From Raillietiella orientalis (lineage: Eukaryota), in the NCBI GenBank assembly GCA_036172245.1, contig JAYWIR010000012.1:868001-932000 (forward strand): a stretch of DNA of 64,000 nucleotides. The letters run 5' to 3'. Below, piece by piece: positions 26,008-36,060 of the stretch. The position numbers were made by a program, and so were the translations under genes. The notes under the pieces are model-generated. The model did no database searches. It was not told where the DNA came from and saw only the letters and a program-made list of their open reading frames with translations. Every line of letters begins with the position of its first letter. Position 1 is the first letter of the stretch.

Positions 26008-27760
26008 GTGACACTTGGGCTCGCCTCCTGCATCCGAATCCTCGTGGGCTCTTACAACGTCAATGGGCTTTGTGACGACGGCAGAACATGCAATTTTGAA
26101 CTGGCGCTTCTGCAGGATATCCACATGATCTCCGCAGAGGATGCCCAGGAGATCGATAGGATCGCTGGGGGGCGGCGGCTGCGGCGTTACGGTTTTCGCA
26201 ACACCTTCAGGGTCGCGTTTTTTTCGAAGCCAACCATCGAGGATGCCGTGAGGGGCGTGCGCCTTGACGGAGACGGTCGAGTCGGCCAGCTGATTGTCAG
26301 GTAAATCGACTCGATCGACCGCGTCGTGACCAACTTGTACGCTCCCAGTAGGAAATGCAAGTTCGCAAGTAGAACTCCGTTCTTCAGTGAGCTGAAGTCC
26401 TAGTGGTTCAAGTGTGCAAAGAGCGCACTAGATAGATGGGAGTTTCAACTTCTGCCTGTTGTCAGGTGCAAAGAAGGACGTCTCTGCTGCCCTGGCTGTC
26501 GCGTCGTATCTTCTGTGCCATGGCCGGAAGATCAAAAGATGTGGCCTTCCCCTGAGACGCATGGCTACCCTGGCTAAGGAGAACGGCTGGATGGTATGCA
26601 GCCCGCCAACTCCTCCGCATGGCTGGACGAATCTGTTGGAACGTGGGCAAAGTTAAATGCCCAGGGAGCAGACAACTGCAACTGCCTGCGATTCTGCACC
26701 CGCGCACGCTGCACCCTGCGGACTATTCTGGATTGTCCCGCATGGAGCACGTTGTCGGAGACCACCCCAATGACCACGGCGATGCCCTACCTGAGGAGGG
26801 CGCTCGGCAGCAGCCGGACGCCGAGGTGGAAAGTCTCCGGCCGTATCGCAGGCAGGGAGAAGCAGATGAGCGGCTGGACCGTGAGCGAACTGGCTGACGC
26901 GACGACCCCAAGCGTTCTCCCGCGCGGTATACGGAGATGGGGCGAGCTGCTGGGCATCCCGCTGGATGACCCAAAGTGGCCCCCGTTATTTAGAGACGCA
27001 TCCATCCTCCCCCTCAAGTGGCAGGAAGCGGCGCTGCTGTTGTTGCACTGGGGTCTTCCCTGCAACGCTCACTGCCAACACTGGACGTTGGGGAACGTGG
27101 GACAGCACTGTGCAGTGTGCGGGGAGAAGGAATCCCTCCCCCACCTGTTAGTGGACTGCGATGCCCTCCGGCCCTTGTGGGAACGTTATGCTACGACCCT
27201 CCCTATGCCGGTCAGCAGTACCCCCAGAGACGTTCTGAGACTCCTCTTCGTGCGAAACGCCCTGCCACCAGCCTCAACCCTGGCAGCGCTCTGCTGCCTC
27301 CGAGAGATTGTGGCTGCGTGGAGTTCAGCCAACAGAGGAAGCAGCGATATGGACCCCATCGTACACGCGGGTCGCTACCTGCAAATCGCGATCGGCTGGT
27401 CCCATCTGGGAGCTATGACGAGAAACCTCGAGGGCATCCTGGAAAGGATGGTCTCTTCCTCCAGCGGGCTGTGATCCCTTCCCGGCCCTCCAAATAGTTT
27501 CTTTTTGGGTTGTTTTGAGTTCTGGATGTCCTCAGGATGACGAATGAGGACTTTGGCAATGGTAAGGGAATGAGGGCTGATTTGTTTCATTTATTTTTCT
27601 TTTTGTTTTACCCCTATCCCCTCCGCTGCCGAGGATAGTCAAGCCGATCTGAGAGCCGGCTTACTGACAGGTCCCATGAACTATTGACCATAGCGCGGCC
27701 TAGTACCGCAAATGTAAAGTGTTTATTAATAAACGACCCGGCGTGACCTGGTGAGAACTC
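26008..27760 (+). mobile_element. Tx1-like element: APE start followed directly by ORF2 C-terminus (RT missing)
   Basis: GSYNVNGL..LALLQDIH..NLYAP, then LPLKWQEAALLLLHWGLPCN..CAVCGEKESLPHLLVDC; terminal motif at 27728-27760. Confidence 0.85.
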
Positions 27761-28060
27761 CCCCGCGTCCAGTGGAAGCGGCGCGCGTTGCAGGGTAACC
27801 CCCAATGCAACAGCAGCAGCGCCGATTCTTGCCACTTCAGGGGGAGAGGGGTCGGCGTGAGGACGTCGCGCGGGAAGAGTCGCTTCGAAACGTCTCTGGG
27901 ATTGCTCTCGGGAATCCGCAGGGGCACAGAAAAGCGTTCCTACAGGGGGAGGAAGGCAACACAATCCAGGAACAGACACGAGAGGGACTCTTTTTCGCCG
28001 CAGAAGTTCGGGCTTAAGACTTTCTCGGGTCCAATGATGACGATGATGCGTTGATGATGC
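27761..28060 (-). mobile_element. Rearranged Tx1-like C-terminal fragment
   Basis: CGEKESLSCLFLDC and LPLKWQESALLLLHWGLPCN in swapped order. Confidence 0.7.
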
Positions 28061-28627
28061 GTTGCAGGGGAGAGGCTCCAATCCTGCTGTTGCATGCAAC
28101 ACCATGATCGCGGACTCCTGTCACTTACTGGGAGGATAGCGTTGTTGGCTGCTGGGGGCCACTTCACCTCTTTCCCTCCTGTGGCAGCTCTCTCCAGAGT
28201 AGCAGTTCGTTGGGTGGGCCTCTCTGGCCAACGATGACCTTTTCAAAGCCTTTGAAGGGACTATGCTTGGCCCAGAGTGCGTGGACGGTACCGTACATAT
28301 TGAGCTCTGTCTGAACGCCGTCTTTCACCAATCGGACCGTTATGCCTGTTAAGTGGACGAGCTAAGAGCGGACCACCGTTACAGGGAGGAGCTTGCGGCC
28401 CCCATTGTAATGGGGTTTCTAACATTTGCTGAGATAGACTCGTGCTTTTGCAGGTCACTTCCACGAGCTGTCATCCACTTCCAATGCAATGCCCCTAAAG
28501 ATCCTCTTTTCGTACTCTGAGCCGCGCAGCTCCTTCGCAAAGGAGTGAGAGGTCCCCGGAAAATAGAGCTTGCCTAGGTTGCATAGGAGAGTGAGGTAAT
28601 ATACTGTCCACTAGATAGGTGGCGTAT

Positions 28628-29508
28628 AGATGACAGCTGCGAACCGGCGAGATGGGAGGTCGCCTGCACCATCTCAGGAACAACACGACCTATTGGCGGC
28701 TGGAGGACTTGCGAGCTGGCAGACGCCGCCACGCCTCGCCACATCCCGAAGGGACTACTTCGGTGGAGTGAACATTTGAGTGTGCCCCCCGAAGAACTTG
28801 TGGTCCCTCCCTCCTGTTTGAACACTTCGGTGTTCCCCCTTTCGTGGAAGCAGGACGTCATCATGCTGGTGCATTGGGGTTTTCACTTCAACCAGCGGAC
28901 GAACCGTGTTTCCGGGGGAGTTGTCTCCCCAAGCTGTAAGCGGTGCGGGGAAGTGGAAACGCTCCCGCACCTGCTCCTGGACTGCGGTGCCCTCCTAGGA
29001 CTTTGGCGGAGGCTGGCCTCAGCTCTCCTGCACCAGGGGGACACCGCGAGAGACTTTATGCGCCGCTTCTTCACGCCAGGCAGCCTGTCTTTCGGTGCTG
29101 TCGTTGCAACCGTGTGTTGCACGCGTGCCATCGACAAGGCCCACCGAGAGTTGGAGAAGCTGGCCATCCTTCGTCAGCCCACCGGACTAGCCAGCGCAAA
29201 CATGTCGTCGGCTGCCGAGTGGGACCACCTACCAGAGAGCGTGAGGAGAGAGATCGCCGGCATCCATCGCCGGTTCTGAAAGGAAGGAACGGCCGAACCA
29301 AAGACCCCTGTCCCCTGCCCTCCATATTTTTCTTTTTATTTTTTTATAGTAGTGTATTTGTGGTCCCCTCCCTCCCTTTCCGCACTTTCGGCATACCGAC
29401 CTGCGTGTCGGGGATCCCACCCCCTTCGTCTCTTGTTTTTCCCTTTGTCCAGGAACTCTGTTCCCGGATAGTTTTTAACAAACGCCCCGGCGCACCCGGG
29501 TGATAACC
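28628..29508 (+). mobile_element. 5'-truncated Tx1-like element inserted antisense into U2, with 15 bp TSD
   Basis: AGATAGGTGGCGTAT at 28613-28627 and 29509-29523; intact ORF2 C-terminus (CKRCGEVETLPHLLLDC); terminal motif at 29477-29508. Confidence 0.9.
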
Positions 29509-29548
29509 AGATAGGTGGCGTATCAGATATTAAGCTGATAAGAACAGA

Positions 29549-30362
29549 TTTTTATTTATGAAAAAGTTACAAATTTGTGTATGTATGAGCAGCTGTGGCT
29601 CTTCCTAATCTACCAATCCCTTTCTATAGCGATGAACAGCTTTGGACATAATTGTTTACTATAATTCCACATCTAGGAACTCCAGCGAGTCACAAGCATC
29701 GTCTGGTGCACGATCTAGGCGATGTGTCCAGTAGATATCCCTGCTGCATCGAATTACAGTTGATACGATCAGCTTTCTCATCTTAGCTGCATATCTTCTA
29801 TGGATGCCTAAGCGCTTAAGGACTACGTCATTCTTAGGATCCCATTATTCTAAGGCTCCAACAATAATAGCATGAACCTCAGCCTGCATTCCTCCTCGGG
29901 ACAATGATGTAGCGATCTGCTGATATCTGTTCTGCTTCTCCTGCCTGGTAGTAAGAAATGCCTCCTCCCCATTTTCAAAGGGGCAGGAAACATCCAAAAC
30001 CACCATTCTTTGATCCTTTTCGAGGATGAGATTCGGACGCAGTAACGAGTCCACGCCTGGAACTTTTTCGTTCTCAGAAATCAACCTCCAATCAACTGTA
30101 GCAATAGAGGCTTTTCTCAATCTCTCCACTACTGCATTATGCCTAACTTGATACATGGGGGAGTACCTCAGGCAATGGTTAATTATTAGAGGCAGTGTCC
30201 CATCCCATGTACCACATCGACGGCACAGCCGATCCTGTTCTGGTCTCCTCGATATTCCTCGGATCGGCACTAGGTTTAAACGTGCTGAGTGAATGAAACG
30301 GAAATCTGAGAATCGTAGGTATTCACCGTTGTTGAGAAAGTAGCTGGAGATTTGATGGAGTC
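29549..30362 (-). mobile_element. 5'-truncated Utopia (U2-targeting RLE retrotransposon)
   Basis: RFSDFRFIHSARLN, CRRCG..LIINHC, RPNLIL..VLDVSCPFE, IIVGALE; 3' end AAATAAAAA abuts U2 TCTGTTCTTATCAG; 5' end abuts U2 ...AAGTGTAG. Confidence 0.9.
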
Positions 30363-30799
30363 CTACACTTTGATCTTAGACAAAAGGCCAAGGAGAGGAG
30401 AGTGGGGTCTCTGAGGGTGATCTCTCTGAACATACCGCAATCCCGTCATTCCCTTTGCTGAGAGAACACTCACTTTTGCAACGTCCAAGGCAGGAGTCTC
30501 GCGACATTCATCCTCCGTTTCGGTTCGACGCTGATCCTCTTTGTTTTCCTCTCAGTCCAGATCCCTCCCATTTGAGCATGGTTTCAAGTGACTGAGCAAA
30601 TTTGTGATTCAGCACAGGCTCTCACTCCAACCATCCCCAGCTTTTCGTTCTTTTCGGATGAAAGGGCATCAAAATTTTGAGCCAAAGGTCTCTTGAGAAC
30701 TGTCCTGGCAACGTGTGATGTCTTTTTTCTCTTATTTTTTAAATTTTAGAAAAGGCCAGTAGTGACCTCATGCCGAGATCGCCACAATTGACCTAAGAT

Positions 30800-31260
30800 G
30801 ATTATCACCTGGTTGTGCGGGGACATTTCTTACATAAGGTGATGAAAATACATTGGTGTGATGGAACCCTTGGTTCTACCACGTGCGATGAACATGCCGA
30901 AGAGCGATGCGCAGACCTCGAGGTGCGCTTCGGCAGCGTGGGAGAAGGGAAAACAAAAACAAAATAAAATAAACGCATAAAACAGGAGAGGGGAAAGTTT
31001 TGCAAGGAAAGGTTCACAGTGCGTTTCCAGGCGTCCTCTGCATTCTGTTCAGAATGCTGGCAAATTCCGTCCTTGTTCCACCCAGGTGGGCCATCTCGAG
31101 GCGGTTTTCAGGAAAATCCGCATCCAGTGGATGGCGTCCCTGTCATTCTGGCCTCTTCTTCTGGGTCGCCATGATCCTGAGAATACAGCTGAGAACTGCG
31201 AGGGACGCGGCTGGAGGCAGTGTGGCACGCACGAAGAGGCGTCTAAAAATGGAAATCCTT
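30800..31260 (-). mobile_element. Tx1-like 3' end fragment
   Basis: Terminal motif AAATGTCCCCGCACAACCAGGTGATAATC, T-rich UTR, degraded C-terminus. Confidence 0.65.
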
Positions 31261-31899
31261 TTGGTTTCTTTTCTGCCTTCGCTTCTTCCCTTTTAGCTTT
31301 TTTTTCGGGTTCTTCTGTTTGGGTTCGCTAAGTGCCTCAAGAAGAGTTGCGTGCCTGGGGCTTACGCAACTCTCTAGCATGCCATCTGAGGGTTCGCGTT
31401 AAAGAGCTACTCCATTGTTTCTTATCCGAGGGGAACCTGGAATGGATCCAATTCTTGTTACTCCTCTGAAGATAACCTCGATGGGACACTTCCAAATATT
31501 CCCAGAAGGGTGTTACTAAGGGAAACAGGACTCTTCTTGCACTCTTGAGAGGTGTCATCAATAAGTCTGAACCATGGTACGAGACGGAGGGTCTTTCTCG
31601 AAGCGAAGTGATGCTTCCTTTGCACAACTGGAAGGGAACCCCGCAGGAAAAAGGACTCTTTGATTCGGTTTCCTGGAAGGATCCCGGATAGTCAACTCCG
31701 AATCCTAGTCACTTATCGGAGGCATCGGGTTTTATCACTTACCAGTGCCATGCCCGAATAGAGGCCAGCCAGCGTCATCTTGCAGGAGGAACTCGAACTC
31801 ACGACGCAGCCATTTCTCTGGGGTCGGTTCTTTCCGAGTATTCCAACCCGCGGTGCTTGGTGCCGCGCGCAACCACATGGCATCTTCGGATTGTTTCAG

Positions 31900-33200
31900 A
31901 AGCCCTCTTCTTTCAGTTTTCCTCATGCTTCAGAGCTCACAGGAAACCAGAATTCCCACAAATCAAAAGGAATTTTGCACTCTTGCTTGCCTAAGACAAT
32001 GTTGGAGTTTTTTAAGAGCAGTCTTTGGCACAGGAAGTGCCTCTGTGCAGTAGTCATCCCAAACCGAATCCGATTGAAAGACTAACATTGGTTAAAATGT
32101 CTTCCAACCATGTGAGGGTTGCATCAGGAAAGCATGGCAATTCTCAAAAGGATGCAGAGCTTTTCGGATGCAGAGCTTTTCTGATGCAGGCTAAACTCCG
32201 TCCAGCAGAGCTAAACGCCCAGATCTCCGATGGTGATCCAAAATGGCCGCATCTGCATCAAGTGAAAGCGATGCACGGTGGTGGAATTCCATGAAGAATT
32301 TTTGCATCTATCCATCTGTGGAATTCAGTCCTGCTGGCGATCGAGGACCTCTTCCAGACCATTTCTTCGTTGGAAGAAACGAGCCATCGTAAATGAGCAA
32401 AACGACCTTCAAGTGCATCAACGTGCATACCAAAGTCTTCACGCATTGCAAGGGGCACCATGCAACACACCACGCTGCAAACCTATCAGACAGACGGAAA
32501 CATGATGACTCTTATCTTTGAACCCAGAAGATCAACTGCCTCATGTCCTCTTATCAAAAGGCTCCTTTTTCACTCGAGTGCGATTCAGAAATGCTTTATG
32601 AGCACAATCCTGAAAAACACATTACTGTCCACAATGACCGCATAGAGTGCAGCACGGTATATGGAATGATAAGAATCTCCACCCCCAAAGTTCGATATTT
32701 GCACTAGATCGAGCTTTTGGTCCATCGTCACTAGCTGTTCTGCCTGAAAGAAGCAATGCAGTTTTCTTCGACAAAAGACCGGAACGCGCATGAGCAGCAT
32801 CAGGAAAGCTCGCAGAAATTCATCGTCCACCCTGCGGTTTTTCAATTTGCAAACCCGACTTTCGAGTCCACAGCAAAGAGGAAGAAACAATGGAGAACTC
32901 CTGCTGCTGCAATAACCGGGAGCTGCGCCCCAGATGGCGTCATCGATCGGCACTGAAATTGAAATCCGTTTGCTGGCTACGACGAAAGCACCGCATTTCA
33001 AATATGACAGAAAGACTTGGTGGCACTGCCCCAGGATGCTGGCGTTGGTATCTTGACCGTACAGAAGATCCGACTGCAGGGGCAGTTACTACTTTCGACA
33101 CTCTGTGCCAGGATATGGACTTGTCAATGATGTTCTCCAGCACGTCACATCCTCCAGGAATGCGCTAGAAGCGCAAGATGTCTTTCGTTGCTAAAGCGTT
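31900..33200 (-). mobile_element. Highly decayed LINE RT remnant
   Basis: LYAVIVDSNVFF (like LY..FVD..KAFD), downstream CPL-like and DADAAI (YADD-like) remnants in the expected order. Confidence 0.35.
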
Positions 33201-33479
33201 GCCGACACAGGGTGTGAGGATTCGGCTATCCCCTGGGGCAACTGCCCTCATTGTTGGAATCCCTGCCTTCAATCTCCTGCCACTCCCAAAACTAGAACAC
33301 CTGGAGGCAGGAGACTCTGGAGTCCTGGATTGCGAATCTGGAACTGCGCTCAGAGGAAGTTCGTTCCACTGAGGAATCTTCTGTGCAGACCGCTAGAAAA
33401 AAACCTGCAGACTGGACGCAGGGACCCCGGATGGCCGTTTAGCCCCTTGCTGCTGCACTGTCTTCCCTCAAGACAAATG

Positions 33480-33760
33480 ACAACAGCTGACAGGCAGACT
33501 GCCGCTCCTCGTTTCCAGGCGAAGGGGATCCTTCAGTGTACTCTCGAAGAACTTGCGGTCCCTTCCCTGCATATGGACACTTCTTTGTTCCCGCTCCGAT
33601 GGAAATGGGATGTCTTGCTGTTTCTGCACTGGAGACTCCTGGGAAGCCAGGGCAGGTGCCTGGTTTGGGGGAGTTGTCTCGCCGATCTGTTTCCGGTGCG
33701 GGGTGATGGATTTGTTCCCACACCTGTTGGACTGCGGTGTCCTGGAGGATGGCATTTGGA
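33480..33760 (+). mobile_element. Tx1-like C-terminal fragment
   Basis: TSLFPLRWKWDVLLFLHW; SPICFRCG..FPHLLDCG. Confidence 0.7.
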
Positions 33761-34199
33761 GGAGACCATCCTCAGCGCTTTACGTGGTTTTCTTTGTGCA
33801 GAAGAACCCCTGGATCTTCGTCCTCACCGCTAAGTGGACGGCCTGGCTGCAAGAGTCAGTGTTTGCATGGGGAAAAATCAATGGCGCGGACAAGGCAGAG
33901 TACATCTGCCTACGGAACAACAGATACGCTCTCCAGCCGCTGAAGAAGATCCTGCGGAACACCAGGAATCTGCTGTGGGTCTCCTTCACCCTCCTTGCCT
34001 TAGTGCTGCCTTCCCTAAGGGGAGCAATGGACAGCCAGCTGCTGGAGAGGTGGGAAGTGATCTGAGTGATAGGGAGCAAGAAACATCTGGATACACGTAC
34101 AGCTCGGGAACTGGAAGACTCCGTGACCCCGAGTGTCCAACCAAAAGGTCTGCTGCGCTGGGAAGGGCAGCTACAAATTACTTCGGAGGAGACACACTG

Positions 34200-34926
34200 A
34201 CACCAGCGTGAAACCAGCTTCTTCTAAAGTGACAGGAGCCTACGCCGACCCTGTTGTTGCACTGGGACCTCCCGTGCAGCAGCAGGGAGTGCCGATACTA
34301 TTGAACTCGGGGGAGTTTTTAAGTCCGATTTGCGGCAGGTGCGGCGAAAGACAGTCCCTCCCGCACCTGCTCATGGAGTGTGTTGCCCTCCACCCCACCC
34401 CATATGGGAACGCTTCGCTGTGTCTCTCCTCCGGATAGCGGATCCCCTGGAGCAACCTGAAGACGTTTTGAAGCGCCTATTCTCGCACGACGTCCTCACG
34501 CCGGCCGCATCCCTAGAGCACTTAGCTACCTGCATGGAGCAGCAAAGCCAAAGGAGGCCAGAACAATATGGATGCCATCTTCTTTGCCGTTCACTTCATG
34601 TGGATGGAGTCAAGATGGCTCCATCTGAGAGCCTCATAACAGGAACTTGTCAGCATCCTTGTAAGGATGCAGAGGACACCCTCCATCACAAATGATCCCT
34701 TTTCTGAGTCCCCACCCTAATTTTTTGTATTTTTTCTTGTCTGTTTTTCTTTTTGTTTCTTTCCCCTTCCTCTGTGCTGCCATAGTAAACCCCTCCGGCC
34801 AGCTCACCGGTTTTCGGCAGGTTCTTTCTGTACATTTCGTAACGTGGCAGGATCACGCATCTTGCCACTGACGTCTAAGTTTTATTTTTAATAAATAAAC
34901 GTCCCATCGTGACCTAGTGTCAATCC
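34200..34926 (+). mobile_element. Tx1-like 3' fragment
   Basis: SPICGRCGERQSLPHLLMEC; terminal motif AATAAACGTCCCATCGTGACCTAGTGTCAATCC. Confidence 0.75.
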
Positions 34927-35779
34927 TCGACACTCTATTATCCGTAGACTTCATGGAGTGCCGCTTCGGACTTCATGGAGCCTTGTTCGCAGCAATGGAA
35001 GTTCACCAGCATGGCAGCCGCCTCGATAAGATTAACCTGTCTGTAAGATTTACCTTACCTGTCCGATGAAGTCTTCCGGGAGATCGCCATCACCCACAGC
35101 TGCTTTTGAAAGAAAAGAAGCGATTGAACAAAAGAACCTTGTCTCCACCCTCACCCCTTTTTTTACTTTCTTTATCGTCCCTCGTTTCCGAACTTCAGCA
35201 GAAAGGAATGCAAAGGAAGTTCCTTTGAAGCTGACCACAAAAAAACTTCGTTTGCCAAATTTTCGTACTTAGGGGACGCTATTCCCCTCTGATCTGTAGT
35301 TCTTTTTCTAAATAAACACCCCTTTGTGACCAGGTGCAAAACTAAAGCACCTCGTTTACTTCAGTGGGAGGCATAGAGGCATTATTGAAGTTGAAAGAAT
35401 AGTGGATGCTCGAAATTCGTTGGACAGATGAGCACGCCTATGTGACAAGTTCCAAGAACTTAAGAAGGATCGAAAAAGTGGGTGGCCGCACATTATGACA
35501 TGGAACATTTTAGCCATATTTTCGCACCCTCCTGCGACCGAATCCAACACAAATGAAAGGCATCCCCCTGCATTTGAAAGCTCCTTCAGTGAATGACACT
35601 TCAGTTGTATTTTCTCATCACTAAAGCGTGCTACGTGCAAAGCGCAGACGTGCTTCGATCCGCTCTGCAGCAAAGGCAAGAATCCATGCATCAGGACTTT
35701 CAAGGAGGCTGCAGACGGAGAAAGCCATGGAAAATGGAGGAAGAAAAAGCTTAAACAAGCAATGAGGCTCTGTTCATCC

Positions 35780-36060
35780 CCGAATCTCGCGTATGACGGA
35801 CGAAATTCGCCTCCCAGAAAAACAGGTGGGAGAAAAACAGGATCTCCCGAATTCCGAGGCTTCCAAAACAGCAGGGGGGAACCGGAGACGGCTTGGGAAC
35901 CCATCGACCGCCTAGGGAAGCACCGGCAGAGTGTTGAGGGGAACGAGCCAGTGGGTCGAATAGACGACAGCGGGACTACAAGAACCTTCCTCCCTCCTCT
36001 TACCGAGATCAGCGCCAATCCGACCTGAGCGGGCGTAAATCCTTTCGCGCGCTCTCCTAC
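35780..36060 (+). repeat. Dispersed repeat, homologous to 63420-63690 (minus strand)
   Basis: IDDSGTTRTFLPPLTEISANPT versus IDGSGTGRTFLPPLTAVSANPT, with nucleotide similarity. Confidence 0.7.

Larger units (their letters stand above)
28597..30395 (-). pseudogene. U2: U2 snRNA copy (5' ~95 nt) split into three pieces: 30363-30395, 29509-29548, 28597-28627
   Basis: Minus strand: CTCCTTGGCCTTTTGTCTAAGATCAAAGTGTAG / TCTGTTCTTATCAGCTTAATATCTGATACGCCACCTATCT / ATACGCCACCTATCTAGTGGACAGTATATTA; matches U2 stem I, branch-site recognition region and stems IIa/IIb; Sm site and 3' half not seen. Confidence 0.9.

Noticed and set aside
28597..30395. Functional U2 snRNA gene
   Set aside because: Interrupted twice, mutated stem I, and lacking the Sm site and 3' stems
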